This document shows, piece by piece, positions 10,605-18,476 of a stretch of DNA of 64,000 nt. The stretch is from Actinomycetota bacterium (lineage in GTDB: Bacteria; Actinomycetota; UBA4738; HRBIN12). Position numbers and translations under genes: made by a program. Under the pieces are notes generated by a model that worked only from the letters and a program-made list of their open reading frames with translations, had not been told where the DNA came from and did not search any database. Numbering within the stretch: the stretch's first letter is position 1; each line of letters starts with the position of its first letter. The DNA is taken from NCBI GenBank assembly GCA_046330185.1, contig JAXLTF010000010.1, forward strand, positions 330-64,329, read 5' to 3'.

Positions 10605-10914
10605 GCGAGGCGGGTCCGGGTTCGCCGGGGTCGCGTAGCTGCGCGAATGGGGCCGGGCGATGCTCGGACAGGTACGAGCGCCACGACCCCAGCACGTGCG
10701 CGGCGGCGGGGTCGTGGTCGCTCAGCCACGCGAGGTGCCGAAGCGCGTGACCGACGATGTGTCGGTGATCGATCGCGACCGGTGGATCCAGCGCCGTGCC
10801 CGTCGCGGGGGCGGCGTCCTCGAGGAGGCGAGGGGTGACGCCAGTGGCCGCCTCGACCACGTCAGCGCAGACGACGTACGTGAGCACGACCGCGCCGCCC
10901 TCGAGGAGAAGCAC
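10561..10914 (-). CDS. Hypothetical protein (boundaries uncertain)
   Basis: GC3-rich minus-strand frame (…DHRHIVGHALRHLAWLSDHD…). The frame stays open upstream of the listed start and the 3' end overlaps the mutase gene. No family recognised. Confidence 0.3.
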   Translation of the reverse strand: MLLLEGGAVVLTYVVCADVVEAATGVTPRLLEDAAPATGTALDPPVAIDHRHIVGHALRHLAWLSDHDPAAAHVLGSWRSYLSEHRPAPFAQLRDPGEPGPASLRTSASRGSSRTPR

Positions 10915-11013
10915 CGGCTCGGTCCACGGTTGCTGACCGCCTCGTCCATCACCGGGATCGGGCCTCGCGCAGCCGCGTGCGAGCGCCCCCGCTTCCCCGC
11001 CTGGATCCGACCC

Positions 11014-11040
11014 TTGACGTTCGATGGGAGTTGCTATACA
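11014..11040 (+). promoter_or_regulatory. Promoter-like pair TTGACG (11014-19) / TATACA (11035-40) upstream of cbiM
   Basis: Near-consensus hexamers in an unusually AT-rich leader. The spacer is only 15 nt, so the exact -10 register is uncertain. Confidence 0.35.
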
Positions 11041-11045
11041 AGTTT

Positions 11046-11080
11046 CTGCAAGACGTTGCAGGAACTTGCAACTGCAACGG
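11046..11080 (+). promoter_or_regulatory. Candidate metalloregulator operator: TGCAA-N4-TTGCA plus TTGCA-AC-TGCAA-CGG
   Basis: Inverted 5-mers at 11047-11060 and 11066-11077. The same TTGCAnnTGCAACGG core recurs at 14214-14228 in front of the Fur-family gene. Confidence 0.45.
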
Positions 11081-11105
11081 ACCTGTCTTGCGCTTGGGAG
11101 GGATC

Positions 11106-11789
11106 ATGCACATACCGGACGGATTCGTCGACGTGCCGGTGTCGGTCGCCGCTGGAGCGGTGGCGGTCGTGGGGATCGGGTACAGCCTGAAGAAGGCCAA
11201 GGACACGATGGAGGAGAAGCAGGCACCGATGGCGGGCCTGGTCGCCGCCTTCATCTTCGCGGTGCAGATGCTGAACTTCCCAGTCGCGTCGGGTACCAGC
11301 GGACACCTGTTGGGGGGGCTGTTGGCGGCCGTGTTGGTCGGGCCCTATGCGGGAGCGATCTGCGTCGCGGTGGTGCTGCTCGTCCAGGGCTTGTTCTTCG
11401 CCGACGGCGGGCTGTCCGCTTACGGGCTGAACGTGGTCAACATGGCGCTGATCACGGCGTACGGCGGGTACGCGATCTTCCTGTTCCTGCGCAAGGCCAT
11501 GCCCAGGACGAAGGGCAGCGTCGTGATCGCCTCAGGGATCGCCGGACTCCTGTCCGTGATCCTCTCATCGCTCGGGTTCACGCTCGAGTACGCGCTGGGG
11601 GGGACGGGGACGGCCCCGGTCACGACCGTGGCGGCCGCGATGGTCGGCGTGCATCTCCTGATCGGGATCGGTGAAGGCATCATCACGGCGCTGACCGTGG
11701 CCGTGGTGCTGAACGTACGGCCCGACCTGGTCTACGGGGCGCGGGACCTGCTCCCCGAGCTCGAGATGCGACCGGTGGTGACGGCATGA
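11106..11789 (+). CDS. cbiM: ECF transporter substrate-specific component CbiM/NikM (Co/Ni)
   Basis: ATG 11106 is preceded by GGGAGG. The canonical N-terminus MHIPDGF is present, with about 6-7 TM spans. Confidence 0.9.
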   Translation: MHIPDGFVDVPVSVAAGAVAVVGIGYSLKKAKDTMEEKQAPMAGLVAAFIFAVQMLNFPVASGTSGHLLGGLLAAVLVGPYAGAICVAVVLLVQGLFFADGGLSAYGLNVVNMALITAYGGYAIFLFLRKAMPRTKGSVVIASGIAGLLSVILSSLGFTLEYALGGTGTAPVTTVAAAMVGVHLLIGIGEGIITALTVAVVLNVRPDLVYGARDLLPELEMRPVVTA

Positions 11790-12157
11790 CGATGGATCGA
11801 AAGCGCAAGGGTCTCTGGCTGCTGATCGGTGGCGGGTTGATCGTCGCGCTCGGGCTGGCCTTCTTCGTGAGCCCGTTCGCCAGTTCGTCGCCCGACGGCC
11901 TGAACAGGGTGGCGATCGATCACGGCTTCGATTCCACGCAGACCGACCACGCGACGAACGACAGCCCGCTGGCCGGGTACGGCGTGGAGGGAGTGGAGAA
12001 CCAGAGCCTCTCGAAGGGTCTGTCGGGGATCATCGGGGTCGCGATCACGTTCGGGATCGGCATGATCATCTTCGGCCTGCTCGTGCGGTTCCGTTCGAAG
12101 GAGCCGACCAAGGGAGCGGGAGCGCCGCCGCCGGCCGTCACGACCGGGAGCGCGTGA
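11786..12157 (+). CDS. PDGLE-domain small membrane protein (CbiN/NikN-like component)
   Basis: 123 aa, two TM spans flanking a loop with the SSPDGLN motif. ATGA overlap with cbiM. Confidence 0.75.
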   Translation: MTMDRKRKGLWLLIGGGLIVALGLAFFVSPFASSSPDGLNRVAIDHGFDSTQTDHATNDSPLAGYGVEGVENQSLSKGLSGIIGVAITFGIGMIIFGLLVRFRSKEPTKGAGAPPPAVTTGSA

Positions 12158-12927
12158 GCGGTTCCCACGGGGGCGCGCACGCGCTCTACGTGAAGGGCGA
12201 GGGTCCGGTCTATCGCGTCCGACCCGAATGCAAGCTGCTCGCGCAGATCTTGTTCGTGTTCGCGGTCGTGGCGACGCCGCGTGAGGCGTTCTGGGCGTTC
12301 GGACTCTACACGCTGATCCTGGGCGCCCTCGCGGCGACCGCGGGGCTGTCGCTGCGGTTCGTGGCGAAGCGGATGGTGATCGAGATCCCGTTCCTGGTGT
12401 TCGCGCTGCTGATGCCGTTCTTCGGCCGGGGCGAGCAGATCGTGGTGCTGGGGATCCCGATGTACGTCTCGGGGATCTGGGCGGCGTGGAACATCCTGAT
12501 CAAGGGGTCGCTCGGCGTGTTCGCCACGATCATCGTCTCGGCTACGACGCCTATGGCCGACCTGCTCCGTGGGCTGGAGCGGCTTCACCTGCCGAAGACG
12601 TTCACCTCGATCATGGGCTTCATGATCCGGTACATGGACGTGATCGCCGGGGAGGCGGCGCGGATGAAGGTCGCCCGCGAATCCCGTGGCTACGATCCGC
12701 GATGGATCTGGCAGGCGAAGGCGTTCGCGGCGTCGGCAGGCGCGCTGTTCATCCGTTCGTACGAACGCGGCGAGCGGGTCCACCTGGCGATGCTGTCGCG
12801 TGGGTATACCGGCGCGCTCCCGGCGTTCGACGAGGGAGCGGCCACCCCGGCGATGTGGGCCGCCGCCCTGGCGTTCCCGGCGGTCGCGTCCCTCATCGCC
12901 GTCGCGGCGTGGGCGGTGACGCCGTGA
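12154..12927 (+). CDS. cbiQ: ECF transporter transmembrane (T) component
   Basis: 257 aa, a CbiQ-like multi-TM protein with the conserved ARESRG loop. GTGA overlaps on both sides. Confidence 0.85.
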   Translation: MSGSHGGAHALYVKGEGPVYRVRPECKLLAQILFVFAVVATPREAFWAFGLYTLILGALAATAGLSLRFVAKRMVIEIPFLVFALLMPFFGRGEQIVVLGIPMYVSGIWAAWNILIKGSLGVFATIIVSATTPMADLLRGLERLHLPKTFTSIMGFMIRYMDVIAGEAARMKVARESRGYDPRWIWQAKAFAASAGALFIRSYERGERVHLAMLSRGYTGALPAFDEGAATPAMWAAALAFPAVASLIAVAAWAVTP

Positions 12928-13730
12928 GCGGCCCCGCGCTCGAGGTCCAGGAGCTCGCGTTCGCCTACCCGGACGGCCATCAGGCGCTGTTCGGTGTGAA
13001 CCTCACGATCGAGCGGGGCGAGCGCGTCGCGCTCCTGGGCCCGAACGGGGCCGGAAAGACCACCTTCGTGATGCACCTGAACGGGATCCATGCGACGCAG
13101 CACGGGTCCGTGCGGGTGGGCGGGTTGCCGGTGGGCAAGGACTCGCTCAAGGAGATCCGTCGGCGTGTCGGGATCGTGTTCCAGGACCCGGACGACCAGC
13201 TCTTCATGCCGACGGTCCGCGAAGACGTCGCGTTCGGGCCCGCCAACCTGGGCGTGCGCGGGGACGAGCTGGACGCGGCCGTGATCAGCGCGCTCACGGC
13301 GGTGGGGATGGAGGCGTTCGCGGACCGGCCCCCGCACCACCTGAGCTTCGGGCAACGCCGACGGGTCGCGGTCGCGACGGTCTTGGCGATGAGGCCCGAG
13401 ATCCTGGTCCTGGATGAGCCGTCCTCGAACCTGGACCCGGCCGGCCGGCGGGAGCTCGCGGACATCCTGCGGTCGCTCGAGATCACGATGCTGATGGTCA
13501 CCCACGACCTGCCCTACGCCCTCGAGCTGTGCCCGAGGGCGGTCGTCATGAACGAGGGCGTGATCGTGGCGGACGCTCGGTGCGTGGACTGCCTATCCGA
13601 CGAGGCCCTGATGGCGGCTAACCGCTTGGAGCTGCCGTTCGGGTTCTTCCCGCACCTGGCCCTGGAGCGGTCACCCGGCGGCACGCCCATCAAGCATGAA
13701 CACGTGCACGAACACGAGCACGAGCACTGA
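12924..13730 (+). CDS. cbiO: ECF transporter ATPase with His/Glu-rich C-terminal tail
   Basis: In-frame GTG at 12924. Walker A GPNGAGKTT, signature LSFGQRRR, Walker B LVLDEP. The tail ends KHEHVHEHEHEH. Confidence 0.9.
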   Translation: MSGPALEVQELAFAYPDGHQALFGVNLTIERGERVALLGPNGAGKTTFVMHLNGIHATQHGSVRVGGLPVGKDSLKEIRRRVGIVFQDPDDQLFMPTVREDVAFGPANLGVRGDELDAAVISALTAVGMEAFADRPPHHLSFGQRRRVAVATVLAMRPEILVLDEPSSNLDPAGRRELADILRSLEITMLMVTHDLPYALELCPRAVVMNEGVIVADARCVDCLSDEALMAANRLELPFGFFPHLALERSPGGTPIKHEHVHEHEHEH

Positions 13731-13746
13731 GCCGGCCACGGCCGGC
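13731..13746. terminator. Short GC hairpin between convergent cbiO and the Fur-family gene
   Basis: GCCGGCC-AC-GGCCGGC directly after the cbiO stop. The loop is very tight, so the effective stem is shorter. Confidence 0.3.
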
Positions 13747-13754
13747 GGGGGAGG

Positions 13755-14189
13755 TTAGGCCGCGGCCGCGCAGCCCTCGCAGAGCCCGGTTATCGCGAAG
13801 TGCGACAGGTCGGCCTCGAACCCGTGGTGCCTGCGGATCAACCGGTGGAGCGCCTCGGCCTCGCGGAGCGACAGCGGGTCGTCGCGGCCGCATCGCGCGC
13901 AGATCAGGTGGACGTGCTGCGCCTCCTCGGTCCGGTGGTACTCCGCGCCGCTCTCGAGGTGCGAGTGCCGCAGGATCCCGACATCCTCGAGGAGCCCGAG
14001 GGTGCGGTAGACCGTCGAGGCGTTCACCCCCGGCATCTCGCTCTGGATCTTCCGGGTGATCGCCGGTGGGGAGATGTGGCCGTTGGTCCGCATCACCTCG
14101 GCCACGATCGCCCGGCGCTGCGGCGTCATGCGCAGCCCGCGGCCGCGCAGCAGCTCGATCACGTCGGAGGGGGCTTCGGCGGGAGTCAT
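13755..14189 (-). CDS. Fur family transcriptional regulator (Nur/Zur-like)
   Basis: Start taken at MTPAEAPSDV (ATG 14189). Winged-helix region (RMTPQRRAIV...STVYRTL), HHxH-type and CxxC...CxxC metal sites (ICARCG, LCEGC). Confidence 0.85.
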   Translation of the reverse strand: MTPAEAPSDVIELLRGRGLRMTPQRRAIVAEVMRTNGHISPPAITRKIQSEMPGVNASTVYRTLGLLEDVGILRHSHLESGAEYHRTEEAQHVHLICARCGRDDPLSLREAEALHRLIRRHHGFEADLSHFAITGLCEGCAAAA

Positions 14190-14199
14190 CCGGTCGCGG

Positions 14200-14205
14200 A
14201 GTGTA
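14200..14205 (-). promoter_or_regulatory. -10-like TACACT (minus strand), 10 nt upstream of the Fur-family ATG
   Basis: TAnnnT hexamer close to the start codon with no SD. Confidence 0.3.
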
Positions 14206-14213
14206 GCAGGAGG

Positions 14214-14242
14214 TTGCAGGTGCAACGGCCGATGCAACGGCC
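14214..14242. promoter_or_regulatory. Candidate operator TTGCA-GG-TGCAA-CGG plus direct repeat TGCAACGGCC x2
   Basis: A perfect 5+5 inverted repeat at 14214-14225. TGCAACGGCC occurs at 14221-30 and 14233-42. The site lies in the divergent fur / enoyl-CoA hydratase intergenic region. Confidence 0.45.
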
Positions 14243-14270
14243 GGTCGTGGCGGGAACCTGGAGCCGCGGG

Positions 14271-14276
14271 TAGGGT
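14271..14276 (+). promoter_or_regulatory. -10-like TAGGGT, 8 nt upstream of the ATG at 14285
   Basis: TAnnnT hexamer with no SD. Leaderless-type arrangement. Confidence 0.35.
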
Positions 14277-14284
14277 TCCCGTCG

Positions 14285-15052
14285 ATGGGCGCGGTATCGA
14301 TCGAGGTTGCCGACGGCGTCGGCCTGATCCGCCTGGACCGCCCGCCGGCGAACGCGATCGACCACGAGACGGGCCTGGAGCTCCAGGAGGTGATCCGCGC
14401 GGCCGGGGGCGACGACGCGGTCGGCGCGATCGTCGTCTGGGGAGGGCCCAGGATCTTCGCCGCCGGCGCGGACATCGCCGCGATGGCCGGGTACTCGCCC
14501 GAGGAGATCCGGCCCGTCGTGAGCGCCCTGGGCGACGCGTTGGATCTGTTGGAGGCCCTGCCGAAGGTCTCGATCGCCGCGATCAACGGCTACGCGCTCG
14601 GCGGTGGCTTCGAGCTGGCGCTCGCCGCCGACCTGCGGTACCTGGCCGAGGACGGGATCGTGGGGCAGCCCGAGATCAAGCTGGGGGTGATCCCCGGAGC
14701 CGGTGGGACCCAGCGACTGACGCGCCTCGCCGGCCCCGGCGTCGCGGCCGACCTCGTGTACTCGGGGCGCCGCGTGGGGGCGGCCGAGGCCCTGGGTCTG
14801 GGGCTGGTGCAGCGGGTGTCGCCGGCGGACGAGGTGCTCCCGACCGCGCTGGCGCACGCCGGCGCGCTCGCGCACGGCCCGCGGACCGCGCTCGCCGCCG
14901 CGAAGGCCTCGATCCGGACGGCCCTCGCCGCCGCCCCCGCGGACGGGCTCGCCGAGGAGAAGGACCGGTTCTGCGCCCTGTTCGGCACGCCCGATCAGCG
15001 CGAGGGGATGCGCGCCTTCCTGGACAAGCGCGAGCCCCGTTTCGGGTCTTGA
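14285..15052 (+). CDS. Enoyl-CoA hydratase/isomerase family protein
   Basis: 255 aa. Crotonase-fold motifs (FAAGADI, INGYALGGGFELALAAD, GQPEIKLGVIPGAGGTQRL). Confidence 0.85.
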   Translation: MGAVSIEVADGVGLIRLDRPPANAIDHETGLELQEVIRAAGGDDAVGAIVVWGGPRIFAAGADIAAMAGYSPEEIRPVVSALGDALDLLEALPKVSIAAINGYALGGGFELALAADLRYLAEDGIVGQPEIKLGVIPGAGGTQRLTRLAGPGVAADLVYSGRRVGAAEALGLGLVQRVSPADEVLPTALAHAGALAHGPRTALAAAKASIRTALAAAPADGLAEEKDRFCALFGTPDQREGMRAFLDKREPRFGS

Positions 15053-15200
15053 CCCGGGGTGCCCCCGGGACCGCGCCCCGGTGGGGTGACCTCGGGTCGT
15101 GTCACCGGAGCCACGTGACCGGACGCCGGAATGAACCGGGGACGTCGTTGGTTCGAAACCCTTGTGAAGCGTCGGTCCCGTGTAAGGACCCGGGAAGGAA

Positions 15201-15410
15201 GTGAGCGACGTGTCCGAGGAGAGGTTCCGAGGCGCTGCCGTCCGGGTGCTCCCCAGGGCGAACCAGAGGTACTCAGCCGGCCGGACCTGCGCCGCCACCG
15301 GCTGCGGCACCAGGCTGTCGGTCTACAACAAGTGGGACTACTGCTGGCAGCACGAGCCGGTGCACACGTTCGTCCCACGCGGCAAGCGCAAGCGTCGCGA
15401 CGCCGCCTGA
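15201..15410 (+). CDS. Small Cys/His-rich (zinc-ribbon-like) protein, 69 aa
   Basis: GTG start preceded by GGAAGGAAG. Motif CAATGCGTRLSVYNKWDYCWQHE, basic C-terminus, followed by a strong hairpin. Confidence 0.5.
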   Translation: MSDVSEERFRGAAVRVLPRANQRYSAGRTCAATGCGTRLSVYNKWDYCWQHEPVHTFVPRGKRKRRDAA

Positions 15411-15426
15411 TCCACTGAGCCCCCCC

Positions 15427-15457
15427 GATGAGGCCCTCCCTGCGGGAGGGCCTCATC
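15427..15457 (+). terminator. Intrinsic-terminator-like hairpin (14-bp perfect stem)
   Basis: GATGAGGCCCTCCC-TGC-GGGAGGGCCTCATC, 17 nt after the stop of the 69-aa ORF. Confidence 0.6.
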
Positions 15458-15539
15458 GTCACCGAGCGTTCAAGGAGACCCCCTGGCCGGCCGATGGGTG
15501 AGGGACCGCTCCCCCCGAGCGCGAAGCCCAAGTCGACCG

Positions 15540-15980
15540 ATGCCGAGCGAGATCGCCGAGCCACCCGACCTCCGGACCGGTGACTGCCCGTTCTGCGAGC
15601 GGACGGTCGTGGTCCACGAGGAGCCTCCCCGCTGCCCCCTTTGCGCCTGCCCGATCGACGACTCGCGGATGCGCCCGTTCCCCGCCGATCCCGACGGGAA
15701 CCAGCGACCAGGCGTTCGACGCCTGATACGGGCGCCGATCCCGAGGCCTACAGGAGCGTGGCCGGCGCCAGCCGCGGACCGAGTTCAGCAGCGCCAGCCC
15801 CTCCGCCCCGCGGGCCTCGTCCACGGCGATGGCCCGCTCCGCGATGGTCCGGTCCGCCAGCAGCGCGGCGCGCTCGGTGCCCGGCAGGAGCCCGCACCGC
15901 AGCGGCGGCGTCCACCACCGCCCATCAGGCGAACGGCCACGTTGGAGCTCGACGCCTCCGTGAGCTCGCCGTCAGCTTGA
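15540..15980 (+). CDS. Candidate small CxxC...CxxC protein (only the first ~60 codons are plausible; 3' end undefined)
   Basis: ATG 15540 gives MPSEIAEPPDLRTGDCPFCERTVVVHEEPPRCPLCACPIDD. The rest of the ORF is antisense to the pabC-like domain and is probably a high-GC artefact. Confidence 0.2.
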   Translation: MPSEIAEPPDLRTGDCPFCERTVVVHEEPPRCPLCACPIDDSRMRPFPADPDGNQRPGVRRLIRAPIPRPTGAWPAPAADRVQQRQPLRPAGLVHGDGPLRDGPVRQQRGALGARQEPAPQRRRPPPPIRRTATLELDASVSSPSA

Positions 15981-17516
15981 CGAGCAGCACGTCGTCGGCG
16001 TCCGGATGTCGCGCGCGCGCGGCGTCGGTACCGCTCGCGCAGGGTCGTCTTGTGGAAGAGCAGGGGATCTGCGGGATCCACGGACGGCTCGTCGAGCGCG
16101 ACGCGGATGACGGTGGTTCGACGGGTCGAACCGCACGACCGCCACGTCGAGGGCGCCCGAGCGCGCGAGCCGAAGACGGATCCGGACCGGGTGATCCGCA
16201 CCCTCGCCGGCGGCGTCCAGGACGGCGGCGAGGGCCTCGGCGTCCAGCCGATACCCGAAGTACGCGGCCGAGCGCTCGAGGCGGAGCATGTGCTCCTCGA
16301 GCCGTCGGATCGGCTCGCCGGGATCGCGTCGCATCGTTTCGAGCAGCTCGAACGGCGGCCGCCGCGTCCCCAGCAACCGGGCCTTGGTCAGGACCTCGTC
16401 GAACTCCGACGTCGCGACCGAGTCCCAAGTGATCCCACCGCCCACGCCGTACTCGGCCGCGCCGGTCTCCGCGTCCACGGTGACCGTGCGTATCGCCACG
16501 TTGAAGGATGAGCGGACCGCGCCACCCTGGGCCGGGCCGATCCACCCCACGGCGCCGCAGTAGACGCCGCGAGGCTCCCCCTCGAGGTCCGCGATGATCT
16601 GCATGCTCCGGACCTTCGGCGCTCCGGTCACGGAGCCGCTCGGGAACAGCGCCCCGAACACGTCCGCGAGTCCCGCCCCGTCGCGGAGCTCGGACGAGAC
16701 CGATGAGGTGAGCTGCCACACGGTCTCGTAGCGCTCCGCGGCGAAGACGTCGTCCCAGCGCACGCTCCCGGGGCGCGAGACGCGCCCCAGGTCGTTGCGG
16801 AGCAGGTCGACGATCATCGCGTTCTCGGCCCGTTCCTTGGAGGAGGCGACCAGCGCCGCGGCGTGCGCCTCGTCCTCCTCGAACCACCGGCCCCGCGGCG
16901 CCGTGCCCTTCATCGGCCTCGTCGTGACGCGGCGCCCCTCGAGCGCCAGGAAGAGCTCGGGCGATGCCGACAGCACGCGGTAGCGGCCGAGGTTCAGGTA
17001 CGCGGCGTGCGCGCCGCGCTGGGCGTAGCAGAGGTCGCGGTAGAGCCCGCGCTCGTCGCCCTCGATCCGGGAGCGCAGCCGGAGCGTGAAGTTCACCTGG
17101 TAGGTGTCTCCCGCGGCGATGTGCTCGCGGATCCGCGAGATCGCGGCGTCGTAGCGGGCGCGATCGACCGAGGGGCGCCAGGCGCCGCCGATGGGCGCCG
17201 GGGCGAGACCCGACGGGCGCGGTTCCGGCAGCGTCGTCTCCTCGCGACGCTCGAACATGGCGAACCACGCGAGGGGGAGCGCGGCGAAGGGGTCGCCCTC
17301 GGGTCGCGCGCGGACGCGCAGGCCGGGGTCCAGGGCCGGGGCCGCCTCGTACGAGACGAACCCGCCCACCCATAGGCCGCGTCCGGCCGCCGCCTCCGCC
17401 GCCACGATCGTGCTGCGCACCTCGTCGGGCCGGGTCGCCTCGAGCAGCCCGACGGGACCGGTCAGCCGGAAGGACGGCGAGGCGCCGGTCAGGTCGTCGA
17501 ACCGCGCCTCGATCAC
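15748..17516 (-). pseudogene. pabB: Aminodeoxychorismate synthase component I fused to an aminodeoxychorismate lyase-like domain; the lyase part is frameshifted at least 4 times
   Basis: GTG 17516 overlaps the etfA stop (GTGA). PabB motifs present (SPELFL, PMKGT, GAPK, GVYCGAVG). From about 16200 to 15750 the class-IV aminotransferase-like reading (LFHKTTLRERY / ARARHPDADDVLLV / GELTEASSSNVAV / VDEARGAEGLALLNSVRGW) hops between three frames. Confidence 0.8.
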
Positions 17517-18475
17517 GAGCCGGCGCGGGCGCGGACCTCCGCGATGAGCGCCGGCAGGACGGCCAGGGCATCTCCGACGATCCCCAGGTCGGCCAGGCGG
17601 AAGATCGGCGCGTCGGGGTCCTTGTTGATGGCGACGACGCGCTTGGCGCCCTTCATCCCGACGACGTGCTGCAGCGCGCCGCTGATCCCGACCGCCACGT
17701 ACACCTCGGGCTTGACCGTCTTGCCGGTCTGGCCCACCTGGTGGCTGTACGGGATCCACCCGGCGTCGACGACGGCGCGGCTCGCGCCGACGGCGGCGTC
17801 CCCGATCGCCTCCGCGAGCTCGTCGAGCAGCCGGAAGTTCGCGGGGTCGCCCAGGCCGCGACCGCCCGCGATCACGACCTTCGCCTCCTCGAGCTTCGGG
17901 CCCGCGGCCGCCTCCTCGTGGCGCTCGACGCGCCGTGCGACCGCCGGCACGTCCGGCGCCTCCACCGGGACCACCTTCACGTTCGATCCATCGTCCACCG
18001 GCCGGGCGGCGAAGGACTTCGGCCGGACGAGGACCAGGTGCGGGGCCGGGCCCTCGAGCGCGACGTCGACGAAGAGCGACCCGCCGGCGATCTGGGTGCG
18101 CGCCCGGTCGATCGCGGTGACGTCGACGGCGCCCGCCATCAGTGCCGACCCCGTCGTCGCCTGCAGGTACCCGGCCACGTCGCGGGACCCGTACGTGGAC
18201 GTGAACAGGATCAGGTCGGGGGCGTGCTCGCGGATCAGCCCGTCGAGCGCCAGCGCCGCCGGCCTGGTGAGGGCGTCGCGGAACACGTCGTCGTCGCCGG
18301 CGAAGACGACGGCGGCGCCGTGCGCACCGAGCTCGCCCGCGGCGGCCGTGGCCCCCGGGCCGAGGGCGACGGCGGCGACCTCGTCGCCGAGCTCGCGCGC
18401 CTTCGTGAGGAGCTCGAGGCTCGCGGGCACGAGGCCGTCCGACCCGACCTCGACCCAGACCCAGATGCCGCCCAT
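17513..18475 (-). CDS. etfA: Electron transfer flavoprotein subunit alpha
   Basis: 320 aa. C-terminal FAD-binding signature (VYVAVGISGALQHVVGMKGAKRVVAINKDPDAPIF). Confidence 0.9.
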   Translation of the reverse strand: MGGIWVWVEVGSDGLVPASLELLTKARELGDEVAAVALGPGATAAAGELGAHGAAVVFAGDDDVFRDALTRPAALALDGLIREHAPDLILFTSTYGSRDVAGYLQATTGSALMAGAVDVTAIDRARTQIAGGSLFVDVALEGPAPHLVLVRPKSFAARPVDDGSNVKVVPVEAPDVPAVARRVERHEEAAAGPKLEEAKVVIAGGRGLGDPANFRLLDELAEAIGDAAVGASRAVVDAGWIPYSHQVGQTGKTVKPEVYVAVGISGALQHVVGMKGAKRVVAINKDPDAPIFRLADLGIVGDALAVLPALIAEVRARAGS

Positions 18476-18476
18476 G

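Noticed and set aside
10990-11105. Possible cobalamin riboswitch in the cbiM leader.
   Set aside because: No B12-box-like element and none of the conserved GCCACTG-type core is visible. The leader is short (about 65 nt after the putative -10) and is dominated by TTGCA/TGCAA protein-operator-like repeats.
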